Positions 1-8,811 of a DNA stretch of 64,000 bases are shown piece by piece. The notes beneath the pieces were generated by a model, which was given only the letters and a program-made list of their open reading frames with translations, made no database searches and was not told where the DNA came from. Positions within the stretch are counted from its first letter, which is position 1. The number at the start of each line of letters is the position of its first letter. The translations under genes were made by a program, and so were the position numbers. The stretch covers positions 3,643-67,642 of the forward strand of contig CAVSOL010000010.1 in NCBI GenBank assembly GCA_963729535.1, written 5' to 3'. The DNA comes from an uncultured Pseudomonadota bacterium. GTDB taxonomy: Bacteria; Myxococcota_A; Polyangia; Fen-1088.

Positions 1-1
1 G

Positions 2-613
2 AACCCGTTCGTGCTGCTGAACCCGTTCGCGGGGCTGTCATCGTTCGGCGGCTTCCTGGGCGCGTTCCTGTCATTCATGTACTTCACCCGGCGCGCCGAG
101 GTGCCGCGCCTGCAATACGCCGACTCCGTCGCGCTGGGGCTATCGATCGGCTGGATCTTCGGCCGCACCGGCTGCTTCACGGCCCACGACCACCCCGGAC
201 GCCACACGTCTTTCTTCCTGGCGGTGCGCTACCCCGACGGCCCGCGCCACGATCTCGGCCTCTACGAGCTGCTGTTCACGATCGTGCTGGCGGCGTTCCT
301 GTTCCTCTACAACCGCAAGCCGCGGCCGCCCGGCCGCATCATCGGCATCGCGGCGCTGGCCTACGCCCCGGTCCGCTTCGCGCTCGATTTTCTGCGCGCG
401 ACCGACGTGTCACGACCCGACCAACGCTACCTCGGCCTCACCCCCGCGCAGTGGGCCTGCATCGCGACCGCGGCGCTCGCCGTCTACCTCCTGCGCCGAT
501 CGATGCAGCCGCCGTCTACGCCATCTCGTCCTCTGCCCGAGCAATCAGATCCTCATAGCGACGCCGCTCCGCCACCAGATCACACTCCCCCAGAAACGCC
601 GAGTAGCTCATGA
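2..613 (+). CDS. lgt: prolipoprotein diacylglyceryl transferase, C-terminal part (5' end outside window)
   Basis: The frame is open from the window edge. It is a hydrophobic multi-TM protein with Lgt-like segments GWIFGRTGCF.AHDHPG and HDLGLYELLFT. The Pro/Ser-rich last ~30 codons overlap the convergent gene by 98 nt, so the true 3' end is uncertain. Confidence 0.7.
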   Translation, partial: NPFVLLNPFAGLSSFGGFLGAFLSFMYFTRRAEVPRLQYADSVALGLSIGWIFGRTGCFTAHDHPGRHTSFFLAVRYPDGPRHDLGLYELLFTIVLAAFLFLYNRKPRPPGRIIGIAALAYAPVRFALDFLRATDVSRPDQRYLGLTPAQWACIATAALAVYLLRRSMQPPSTPSRPLPEQSDPHSDAAPPPDHTPPETPSSS

Positions 614-1721
614 ACGCGGTCAGGTACGACAGGTCGCGCCCCCAGTCGGGCAGGTAGTCCGGCGCGCGCACCACCCCCTCGCGCATCAGGCGCCCGAACA
701 GCGGCACGTCCTCGGCGTCGATCTTGCCGACGAAGAACAGCGGCACGTAGTCGAGGTGCCCCTTGACCAGCGCGACGCGCAGGAAGTTCGTCACGCGCAG
801 CAGGCCGTCCAGGTAACACACGTCCTTGGTGAACGGCGCGCCGCCTTCGACCAGGCCGCCGCGGCAGACGCGCCGCGCGCAGTCGTACGCCGCCAGCTCG
901 CCGTGGCCGTGCGTCAGGAAGAACCGGTAGATCTCGCAGAAGTCGGCGCCCTCCTCCGCCATCTTGATCGCCAGCGTCCGGTCGGCCAGCCGCCGCATCC
1001 GCTCCAGGCTGGTCGACTGGGTCAGGAACTCGGTCAACACCGCCAGCCCCTCCTGCGTCGCGGTCGTGCGCGGCGACGGGTAGCCGATGAACGACATCAC
1101 CGGCTGCGCCCGCCCGTTCAACGCCGTGGCGACGTGCACCTGCCCCTCGTGAAACTCCAGCTGCGCGATGTCGCGGCGCGAGAACCGCGCCCCGCGCTTG
1201 ATGCGCACGCCATCGACGCCGGCCGCCGCCTTCGACGCGATGTCGTCGACCAGCTCGATGCGGATGTCCAGCCCCGGGAAGAAGCGCGCGAACCGCCCCG
1301 CCAGGGGCGGTATCACCTCCTCGGCCGTGTACACCAGCTCGTCGAGCGGGCTCGGGATCGGATCGCGCCCCGCGACGCCGTCGACGACGCGGGTGAAGTG
1401 CTCGGCCAGCTGCAGGTTCGTCGTCCTGCCGTCCGCCGCCAGGCTGGCGGGCCGCCCGTAAAGCTCGACCGAGTGATGATAGAAATCGCGCGTCCCCGCC
1501 GCATCCAGCATGCGCGCCGCAGTCGCGAACGCGTCGCACGTGTCGCGCAGGAAGATCTCGACGGCGTTGTCGCCCGGGATCGTCGCCTTGAGCGCGCGGA
1601 AGCGCAGGCCCATGTCGGCGATGCCATCGGGGATGTTGTAGCGGGGCCGCGGCAGTTCGCGCCCCTTGCCCGCGAAGAACGCCCGCTCGACGTCTTCACC
1701 CCAGGAAAGTAGCCGCAGCAC
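516..1721 (-). CDS. DUF1704 / flavohemoglobin expression-modulating QEGLA-motif protein
   Basis: 401-codon ORF containing the literal family motif (..TTATQEGLAVLTEF..). GTG 1721 is the first canonical start, but the frame stays open up to the cysE stop (1809-1811), so the start may lie upstream. Confidence 0.8.
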   Translation of the reverse strand: MLRLLSWGEDVERAFFAGKGRELPRPRYNIPDGIADMGLRFRALKATIPGDNAVEIFLRDTCDAFATAARMLDAAGTRDFYHHSVELYGRPASLAADGRTTNLQLAEHFTRVVDGVAGRDPIPSPLDELVYTAEEVIPPLAGRFARFFPGLDIRIELVDDIASKAAAGVDGVRIKRGARFSRRDIAQLEFHEGQVHVATALNGRAQPVMSFIGYPSPRTTATQEGLAVLTEFLTQSTSLERMRRLADRTLAIKMAEEGADFCEIYRFFLTHGHGELAAYDCARRVCRGGLVEGGAPFTKDVCYLDGLLRVTNFLRVALVKGHLDYVPLFFVGKIDAEDVPLFGRLMREGVVRAPDYLPDWGRDLSYLTAFMSYSAFLGECDLVAERRRYEDLIARAEDEMA

Positions 1722-1808
1722 GCGGATCGGCCGCTGTGCGTCCAGGATCTGCGCCGAAACGTCGCGCAGGAGATCTATGGTGCGCGCCGATAACGTGAGT
1801 GCCTCCTC

Positions 1809-2696
1809 CTAGGTCCCAATCCCCACGCGGGTGCCGGGCGGCACCGAAAACGTTATCCACGCGTTGCCACCGACGACCGCGCCGCGGCCGATCACGGTGT
1901 TGCCGCCCAGGATGGTCGCGTTGGCGTAGATGGTGACGTCGTCCTCGATGGTCGGGTGGCGTTGCTTACCGGCCGCCTTGTCGGCGCGGCTGCGGTGGCG
2001 CACCGACAGCGCGCCCAGCGTCACCCCCTGGTAGACGCGCACGCGGTCGCCGATCCGGCTGGTCTCGCCGACGACGATGCCCGTGCCGTGGTCGATGAAG
2101 AACGACGTGCCGATCGTCGCGCCGGGGTGGATGTCGATGCCGGTGCGCGAGTGCGCGTATTCGGTCAGCATGCGCGGCAGCACCTCGGCGCCAAACGCGA
2201 GCAGCCGGTTCGCGACGCGATAGATCGCGATCGCGTACAGGCCCGGGTAACAGGCGACGATCTCGTCGATGCCGCTGGCGGCCGGATCCGAATCGAACGC
2301 CGCCAGCACGTCCTTCGCGAGCAGCGCGCGCACGTCGGGCAGCACGGCCAGCAGCCGCTGCGTGATCGCGCGCGCCCGCACCCGGCACTTGTCGGCGCGG
2401 CCGGCGCGGTGCAGCCGGTGCTGGCACAGGTAGATCGCCGACTCCAGATGCGCCTCCAGCGTCGCGAGCGTCTCGGCGACGTGGGTCTCCAGGTTGCCGC
2501 CGTCGCTCCCCATGCGGTGCGATTCGGGGAACAGCACCTCGAGCAGCTCGTCGCCCACCGCGCGCACGTCTCGGCGCGACGGCAGCGGCCCCTCCGCCGC
2601 CAGCCCGGCGCGCAGCCCACCGGCAGCCGACAGCACGCGCTTCGCCAGCGCGGCGTGTGTGGTCGCCGCGGACGGAGATGATCTCTTCACGGCCAT
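1809..2696 (-). CDS. cysE: serine O-acetyltransferase
   Basis: Hexapeptide-repeat C-terminus FFIDHGTGIVVGETSRIGDRVRVYQGVTLG...IEDDVTIYANATILGGN, preceded by a SAT-type helical N-domain. Confidence 0.9.
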   Translation of the reverse strand: MAVKRSSPSAATTHAALAKRVLSAAGGLRAGLAAEGPLPSRRDVRAVGDELLEVLFPESHRMGSDGGNLETHVAETLATLEAHLESAIYLCQHRLHRAGRADKCRVRARAITQRLLAVLPDVRALLAKDVLAAFDSDPAASGIDEIVACYPGLYAIAIYRVANRLLAFGAEVLPRMLTEYAHSRTGIDIHPGATIGTSFFIDHGTGIVVGETSRIGDRVRVYQGVTLGALSVRHRSRADKAAGKQRHPTIEDDVTIYANATILGGNTVIGRGAVVGGNAWITFSVPPGTRVGIGT

Positions 2697-2704
2697 GGTT
2701 GAGG

Positions 2705-3616
2705 TTACACCGCGCCCTTGTGGCGCGCGACCTCTGCGCTCAGCTTGGCCATCACCTCGGCGTGCCGCGCGTCGGGAATCGTCACCCGCGTCGGCATGCC
2801 GCCGCCCAGCTCGAACAACTTCACGAAATCGAAGCCGGACTCGAAGTCTGCCGCGATGGTCAGCGACCCCGAATCGCGCACCACGGCGATCGGCGCCCGC
2901 TCCTGCCCGATGAGCAGGAGCTCCGTCTTGTCGTACGGCCGCCCCGCCGCCTCGACGTAGGCGACGCCCCCCTCCATACGAAACCCGTCAGCCAGCCGGC
3001 GGCTCTCGTCCAGCAGCGGGTCGATGAGGCGCGCCGCCGCGTCGATCTCGTCCCACAACACCGGCGCCTTGGCGCGCGCGATCAGGTACTGCATCACGCG
3101 GTGCTTCAGCGTCTCGTCGCGGAAGCGCGCCCGCAGCGCGCGATCGATGCGCGCCGCGATCGGTCCGGGCTCGCCGCGCCGGGTGTCGACCGCTCGCGCA
3201 TCGGCGTCCGCGCCCGGGTAGGGTTCGACCCCGCCCAGCACCCACTTGGCCCCCGAGAACAGGCCATCCAGATCCAGGTGCATCGCGACCGTGTCGACCG
3301 GACCGGCGGCGCGCACCACCTCGGGCGTGACCAGCTCGGGGCAGGCCCCGTGTTCGGCCTTGGTCGTCAGGACGAAGCGCGGATCATCCGCGTAGTCGAC
3401 GTGGCGATCGTGGTCGTGATGGTCGACCCACGCCGCCAGGCGGCTGCCCAGCCCCTGGATGAACGGCAGCGTCGTCTTCGTGAACGACGCGCCGCCGCCC
3501 TCACTCGCGAACGCGACGTCGAGCACCGCGACCCGCCCCTCGAGACGCGACGCCGGCGGCAACGTGCGCGGCGTCAGGAAAGCAAACCGCGGCAGCGTCG
3601 TCGGGGAGGAAGACAT
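2705..3616 (-). CDS. hypothetical protein with degenerate DHH/DHHA1-like motifs
   Basis: 303-codon ORF with high GC3. The strings VDHHDHD and C-terminal ELGGGMP recall the DHH and GGGH phosphoesterase motifs, but they are degenerate. No confident family call. Confidence 0.55.
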   Translation of the reverse strand: MSSSPTTLPRFAFLTPRTLPPASRLEGRVAVLDVAFASEGGGASFTKTTLPFIQGLGSRLAAWVDHHDHDRHVDYADDPRFVLTTKAEHGACPELVTPEVVRAAGPVDTVAMHLDLDGLFSGAKWVLGGVEPYPGADADARAVDTRRGEPGPIAARIDRALRARFRDETLKHRVMQYLIARAKAPVLWDEIDAAARLIDPLLDESRRLADGFRMEGGVAYVEAAGRPYDKTELLLIGQERAPIAVVRDSGSLTIAADFESGFDFVKLFELGGGMPTRVTIPDARHAEVMAKLSAEVARHKGAV

Positions 3617-3643
3617 TCGGATGATATAGCCGACGTTCGGGCG

Positions 3644-4462
3644 TCAGGGAGCGCAATAGCCGAACATCGAATCTCCCGGCGTCGCCGAACACGCGATGCC
3701 GCTCGCGCAATCCGACCCGCCCAGGCGGCATACGCGGCGGCACCGAGGCGTCGTGCCGCCGCCTTGCTGCACGCACCTGAATCCTGGAACGCAGCTGGTG
3801 AACACGCCGCATGGTTCGCTGTCCCCCGCGGTCCCAGGGCACTCGCAGAACGTGCTTCCGTTGCTGTCGACGTAGCAGCCAAGCAGAGCATTGCCGCAGC
3901 TCCCGCTACCACCGACGGGGTCGCACGTCTCCGGCGGCAACTGGCAGGCCATGAGCGTCACGGCGGCGGCGGCTGTCGATGGAAACGTTGCACGACGTGC
4001 CGTCGCAATGTTGGTCCCCTGCGCAGTACCGGTAGCAGCGTCCGAGCTGCGGACCGGCGTCCGGTGATTTCGGGGCTGCACTGCTCCAACAGGCAGACGA
4101 GGCCCGCGGCGCAGTCGTCGTTCCCCAGGTTGCAGGAGTCGCCGCGGAGCTTGCTGCCGGACGGCACGCACGCCAGCTTCTCCCCGTCCAGGTTACACCG
4201 GCCGCACTAGCACCCCTGCTGGCAGATCGGATCGCACGGCGTACCAGGCGGCTGATCGTTGCACAGCATCGCCACCGCCGCGTCCGGCAGGCACATGGAT
4301 GTCTCCCTTGTGGCAACGGCGGTCACCGCCGCAGCGGTACCCCTCCGGACACGTCCCGCCGTCGCCGCACACGAGCCCGGCGTCCTGAATCTCCGGGCGA
4401 TAGCAAGCGGTCAGCAGCGACATCCCCAGCAAGACCGTCAGGGCGCCGCTGCTAGGCCTCAT
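3644..4462 (-). pseudogene. Cys-rich secreted lipoprotein B, reading frame disrupted (pseudogene or assembly error)
   Basis: Lipobox LLTAC, mature N-terminus CYRPEIQDAGLVCGDGGTCPEGYRC. It is readable only by joining three frames (shifts near 4295, 4065 and 3970) and reading through an in-frame TAG at 4207-4209. The C-terminal half (..CQLPPETCDPVGGSGSCGN..CVPGFRCV..CRRVCRLGGSDC..MFGYCAP) is paralogous to the upstream neighbour. Confidence 0.5.
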
Positions 4463-4481
4463 GTGCCAACCCCGCCCTGAC

Positions 4482-5431
4482 CTAGTTGCAGAAACCGTAC
4501 GTGGCGTTGACCATAGTCGTGCTGTTGCCCCTGAAAGGCATGCAGGTGCCCGGACCGCCCTGACAGGTCGAGCCGTTCTCGCTCAGCAAGCAAACCTGCC
4601 GGCACCTGAAATCGCCGGTACTGGGCGGATCGACGCACACCAGCCCCGGAATGCAGTCGCGCGATCGGTTGCAGGGATCATTCCGAAGGACCGATCCGGC
4701 GCAATCACAGATCGTACGCGTCGGATTGGTGGTCGACAAATAGCAGCTCTGCGCCCCGGGACACCCGCTGACCGGCGGAGCGGGGGTGCAGGTCGACGAA
4801 CGGTACGTCGCAGACCTTTCTCCCGCCGGTGATGGTCTTGTCGCAAGGCGCGTTGTTGCAGTCGGTCTCCGTGCGACAGAACTGGTAGCACCGCCCGCGA
4901 TTGCTCCGACACCGCTACACGATCGTCCACGCCGGCCAGGCAAACGAGCCCCGGATTGCAGTCGTCGTTCTGGGTCGAGGAGCCTGTGTTGAAGCGCTCG
5001 CAGTTCTGCAGCAGCCCTCGGGCAGTCGCCGAGGACAGGACGCATTGCATGTCAGCGCGCCGCCGGTGTTCACCGAACACTTCTTGATCAGCAGCCGCAG
5101 CCCGTCCGGCAGAACGGATCGCACAGACCGGCGTCGTCCGGCTGGCAGCTCGGGCCGCGGATCGCAAACAGGGCCCGTCAGCGTCACCACCGACCTCGGC
5201 GTCGCCTACCTCTATGCCCGGGCGGTCGGCGTCGTCACGGCCGCCGTCGTTGGGGTTGCGTTTGCAAACGCCACCGCCGCTAGGCAGGAACTCGCACCCG
5301 AAGCCTTCCGGGCAGAAGTGATTGGCGCCCGCTTCCAGGTTGCACTTCAAGATGTCGCCGATCGTCGGCTTGTAGCAGGAGACGATCGCGCCCGACACGA
5401 CCAGCAACATCAGTGTCCGCGCGATTCGCAT
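4482..5431 (-). pseudogene. Cys-rich secreted lipoprotein A, reading frame disrupted (pseudogene or assembly error)
   Basis: Lipobox IVSC, mature N-terminus CYKPTIGDILKC..CPEGFGC, parallel to lipoprotein B. Plausible Cys-rich segments (..NDDCNPGLVC.., ..GRCYQFCRTETDCNNAPC.., ..NDPCNRSRDCIPGLVCV..CRQVC..YGFCN) are spread over all three frames (about 6 shifts). Confidence 0.5.
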
Positions 5432-5433
5432 GG

Positions 5434-6300
5434 CTAAAACCGCAGTCTGGCGCCACCGCCGAACATCCCGGCGCCAATCCAGGGTGTCACGGTCAGCCGC
5501 CCGGCAGTCGCCGGCGGCGACGCGCCCGCGTCCTCCGAGTCACCGCTGGTGATGAGCACGATCGCGCCCGCTACCGCGATCGCCGTCCCACCGATGCCCA
5601 GCGCGATCGCCGCGATGTTCGCGCTCTTGCCGTCCTCCTCGACCTGCGGGTCGAAGACCTCGCCGGCCATCGACGCGCGCGTGAGCTCGTCGCCCTTCTG
5701 CTTGGCGCGGTACCCCTCGTAGATCGCGACGCCGTCCGCGATCACGCCAGCGGCGATCAGCGACCAGCCGACGACCGCACGCGTGTGCGACGGCGGCTCC
5801 GGCGGAACGACCGGTGGCGGCGGCTCCGGCGGTGGCGGTGGCGACGGCGGCGGCGGCTTGACCTCGACGATCGGCGGCGACTTCGCTGGTGGAGGAGGAG
5901 GCGGCGGCGCTACGGCGGCGGCCGCCTTCCGGCGCTCCTCGATCAACTTCTCCTGGTCGGCGATCTTGCGCTCGACGTCCTCGCGGTTGCGCGCGTTCGG
6001 CATGCGCTGCAGGAAGCGGCGGTAGTAGCGCACGGCCTCGGACGGCTGGTCGGCCAACCGGTACGCCTGGCCGATGTTGTAGAGCATCGGCGGGTCGCCG
6101 CTGATCTCGTACGCCTTCTGGTACTCCTCGATCGCCTCCTGGTACTTCTGCAGGTCGTACGCGCGCGTCGCGCGCTGGTAGTGCAGTTTGACCTCATCCT
6201 TCTGCTGAGGGGTCAGCTGAGCCGCGTCCGCGTGGCTCGACCAGGCAATGGCGAGCGTCAACGCCAGCGCCGGCAGGAAAACGCGAAATCCTCGCGTCAT
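5434..6300 (-). CDS. secreted/membrane-anchored TPR protein with Pro-rich linker
   Basis: ATG 6300 with a GAGGGGA Shine-Dalgarno-like motif upstream. Signal peptide MTRGFRVFLPALALTLAIAWSSHADA. TPR-like helices (YQEAIEEYQKAYEI..MLYNIGQAYRLADQPSEAVRYYRRFL). A PPPPPPPAKSPP...EPPPPVVPPEPP linker, hydrophobic segments, and a C-terminal ..GGGARLRF. The next gene starts 2 nt after its stop. Confidence 0.75.
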   Translation of the reverse strand: MTRGFRVFLPALALTLAIAWSSHADAAQLTPQQKDEVKLHYQRATRAYDLQKYQEAIEEYQKAYEISGDPPMLYNIGQAYRLADQPSEAVRYYRRFLQRMPNARNREDVERKIADQEKLIEERRKAAAAVAPPPPPPPAKSPPIVEVKPPPPSPPPPPEPPPPVVPPEPPSHTRAVVGWSLIAAGVIADGVAIYEGYRAKQKGDELTRASMAGEVFDPQVEEDGKSANIAAIALGIGGTAIAVAGAIVLITSGDSEDAGASPPATAGRLTVTPWIGAGMFGGGARLRF

Positions 6301-6412
6301 GACAGTCGAATTCCCCTCTGCAAGATTAGGCGCGCTGGCAGCCAATCGGCTCCGATGACGTACAATAACCTACCTCAGCCACCTTGGAAAGATTGCTATC
6401 TAAGCAGCACCT

Positions 6413-6436
6413 GTCGAGCTGCCTGCGCAGCTCGAC
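6413..6436. promoter_or_regulatory. 10-bp perfect inverted repeat in divergent promoter region (candidate operator)
   Basis: GTCGAGCTGC (6413-6422), CTGC, GCAGCTCGAC (6427-6436). It lies in the 229-bp gap between the divergently transcribed TPR gene and the lipoprotein gene. Confidence 0.25.
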
Positions 6437-6529
6437 GGCAATTCGACATCGCCACTTCGCGACGTTGCGCCCCCAGCAAGCGCCGAAAATGTTGTAGCTT
6501 CCGGACTTTCCCCCTCCAGGAGGTACCGG

Positions 6530-7525
6530 ATGCGATCGCGCCCCCTTCCCCTGCTGCGCAGCGTTGTTTCTTCCTTCGTGGCAGTCGCTGCTGTCGGCCT
6601 GACGTTGACGGCATGCACCAAGAGCGACCAGCCGACAGGTCCCAAGACCTGCTGCGATCAGCCCAAGATCCCGGCCGGCATCCCCGCCTTCACCGTCGTG
6701 CGCGACGATGTGACCGGTCCCAGCGACGGCCAGGACGTCAAGATGCACGTCGCGTTCAAACAGAAGACCAAGCGGGACGACATCTACCCGGCGCTGCAGT
6801 TCCTGTATCGCTACGCGATGACCCGGGGCACGTTCGAGCCCACCAACTTCAGCGGGTCGTTCTACTTCACCGAGGGTGACGCGCAGACCGGCGGCAACTC
6901 GGCGGCGAAGATCACGCGCGAACACGGCGAGAAGGGTCCGAAGTGCGAGAACAACATCAAGCTGGAGTTCGCCGAGGAAGTCGGCAAGGCGTTCGCGTAC
7001 AGCTTGAACCGCGCCGAGGTCGAAGACCTGGCGGACACCTGCCACCTGGCCGAGAAGAAGAAGGTCGCGCGCTTCGACGACAAGTTCACGCACAAGCCGA
7101 CGATCAAGCTGCTGCCCGAGACCAAGGGCGTCGAGGTCACCTATCCGTACCTCGAGACCGGCAAGGACGAATACGTCGCGGCGCTGTCGTTCAACAGCGC
7201 GATGACGTACTGGGCGGAGTTCAACACCACGATGTTCGCCAAGTCGAACGATCTGAACGAGGTGACGTACATCGGCCTGCTGGACGACCAGCCCGTGCTG
7301 AAGATCAAGGTGACCCGGCAGCAGTTCGACAAGAACCTGTCGACGGTGCAGGAGACGATCGCGTCTTACTCGGCGATCACGTTCGCCAAGCTCGGTATGC
7401 ACAAGACCGACGACAAGGGCGCGAAGAAGGATCAGGAAGAGCACAAGACCAAGACCTACAAGGCGGCGCTGGCGCTGCTGCCCAAGGACCAGGTCATGGT
7501 GTCGCCCAAGCTGAAGACGAAGTAG
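6530..7525 (+). CDS. Lys-rich lipoprotein, unknown function
   Basis: GGAGG 7 nt upstream of the ATG; lipobox LTLTAC. 331 codons, with unusually many Lys (~38) and few Arg for this GC content. Confidence 0.75.
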   Translation: MRSRPLPLLRSVVSSFVAVAAVGLTLTACTKSDQPTGPKTCCDQPKIPAGIPAFTVVRDDVTGPSDGQDVKMHVAFKQKTKRDDIYPALQFLYRYAMTRGTFEPTNFSGSFYFTEGDAQTGGNSAAKITREHGEKGPKCENNIKLEFAEEVGKAFAYSLNRAEVEDLADTCHLAEKKKVARFDDKFTHKPTIKLLPETKGVEVTYPYLETGKDEYVAALSFNSAMTYWAEFNTTMFAKSNDLNEVTYIGLLDDQPVLKIKVTRQQFDKNLSTVQETIASYSAITFAKLGMHKTDDKGAKKDQEEHKTKTYKAALALLPKDQVMVSPKLKTK

Positions 7526-7538
7526 CCGTCGCCCTCCG

Positions 7539-7561
7539 CCCTCTCCCCGCGGGGGAGAGGG
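7539..7561. terminator. GC-rich hairpin between convergent genes (putative bidirectional terminator)
   Basis: CCCTCTCCCC (7539-7548), GCG, GGGGAGAGGG (7552-7561): a 10/10 stem followed by TCTCTT. It sits between the stops at 7525 (+) and 7581 (-). Confidence 0.45.
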
Positions 7562-7580
7562 TCTCTTCGCCCGCCTGGCC

Positions 7581-7805
7581 TCAGAGGCCTACGTTCGGCA
7601 TCGGCAAGACGCCGAGGCCGATCAGCAAGCCCGCGATGCCGAACGCCAGCGACACGATGGCCGTGATGGTCGCGCGGTTGATGATCTTGTGCGCGATCGA
7701 TTCCTTCGGGTCGCGTGGGCGGAAAAACACCTGCGCGATGCCCGCCAGGATCAGGATGAGACTGCAGATGATGAAGAACTTGGGCAGAAACGCGCGCGCG
7801 TCCAT
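7581..7805 (-). CDS. small membrane protein (74 aa, two predicted TM helices)
   Basis: ATG at 7805, 5 nt downstream of the aminotransferase stop. MDARAFLPKFFIICSLILILAGIAQVFF...AIVSLAFGIAGLLIGLGVL. The longer 190-codon ORF extension overlaps the upstream gene and is Arg-rich junk. Confidence 0.55.
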   Translation of the reverse strand: MDARAFLPKFFIICSLILILAGIAQVFFRPRDPKESIAHKIINRATITAIVSLAFGIAGLLIGLGVLPMPNVGL

Positions 7806-7810
7806 GCCTT

Positions 7811-8677
7811 CTATTCTACGCCGCGGCGGGCGAGGTCGTCGTAGAGCACCATCAGCTTGCGCGTGATGGGCCCGGGCTTGCCGTTGCCCACGGGCCGCTC
7901 GTCGATGGTCGCGATCGGCAACACCCCGCGTGTCGCGCTGGTCAGGAACGCCTCGTCGGCGCCGCGGAGCGCGTCCGGCTCCAGGCGCCGCTCGACGAGC
8001 GGGATGCCCGCCGACCGAGCGAGCTCGATGACCTTCGCGCGCGTGATGCCGTCCAGGATGCCGACCGCGGGCGGCGGCGTGTGCACCTCGCCGCCAACCA
8101 CGGCGAAGATGTTGCTGGTCGAACCTTCCGCGATGCTGCCGTCGCCGGCGCACAGGATCGCTTCGTACGCGCCGCTGCGCCGCCGCGCCTCGCCCAGCGC
8201 CAGCACGTTGTTCAGGTAGTTCCCCGATTTGACGGCCGGGTCAATCGCGCTGGGGCTGTTGCGTGTGATCGAAACGATGGCGACCGCCACACCCTTTTCG
8301 AACATCTCGGGCGTCGGCGGGCCGAGCGGGAAGACGATCACCACCAGCCGCGAATCGGTGGCGGACGCCGGATCCAGATCCAGCTTACCCTCGCCGCGCG
8401 TCAGGATGACGCGGACGCGCGACTCGGGATTGCCGGCGGCGGCCATCGTCTCGGCGATGGCGCTCACGATCTCCTGGCGCGGCGGCACACTCAGGCCGAT
8501 GCGGCTGGCCGAGCGATCCAGGCGGTCCAGGTGATCGCGCGCCGCAAACAGGCGCCCGTAGCTGGTGCCGATGGTTTCGTAAACGCTGTCGCCGTACAAG
8601 AACCCGCGGTCGAAAACCGAGACCTTTGCGTCCTCCGGCAATCGCACGGCACCGTCGATATAGACACGAATGGGCAT
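7811..8677 (-). CDS. class IV aminotransferase (branched-chain/D-amino-acid aminotransferase or aminodeoxychorismate lyase family)
   Basis: Fold-type IV motifs: VSVFDRGFLYGDSVYET, ..RVILTRG.., ..KSGNYLNNVLA..EA.., EGSTSNIF, ..GILDGITR. Confidence 0.85.
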   Translation of the reverse strand: MPIRVYIDGAVRLPEDAKVSVFDRGFLYGDSVYETIGTSYGRLFAARDHLDRLDRSASRIGLSVPPRQEIVSAIAETMAAAGNPESRVRVILTRGEGKLDLDPASATDSRLVVIVFPLGPPTPEMFEKGVAVAIVSITRNSPSAIDPAVKSGNYLNNVLALGEARRRSGAYEAILCAGDGSIAEGSTSNIFAVVGGEVHTPPPAVGILDGITRAKVIELARSAGIPLVERRLEPDALRGADEAFLTSATRGVLPIATIDERPVGNGKPGPITRKLMVLYDDLARRGVE

Positions 8678-8811
8678 GGCAAAAAATTCGGGTCGCCAAA
8701 GCTAATACATCTCGGACAGCCGCGTATCGTTTTTTGTCGAACCCGACCGCACCCGACGCGCGCTATTTCGCGCAACGGTCACAGTGAGCTATTCTCCGTG
8801 GCGGAGCCCCT

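Noticed and set aside
4207-4209. In-frame TAG as pyrrolysine or programmed readthrough. A stop (TGA ~5095) at a nearly equivalent position in one frame of paralog A was also considered as evidence for a conserved two-ORF organisation.
   Set aside because: No pyl genes or readthrough context are visible. In paralog A, the frame carrying that TGA has to be left anyway to follow the Cys-rich sequence, so the coincidence is probably an artefact of frame choice.
7581-8153. 190-codon ORF on the minus strand.
   Set aside because: The upstream 116 codons overlap the 3' part of the aminotransferase gene in another frame and are Arg-rich. Only the distal 74-codon membrane protein (ATG 7805) is plausible.
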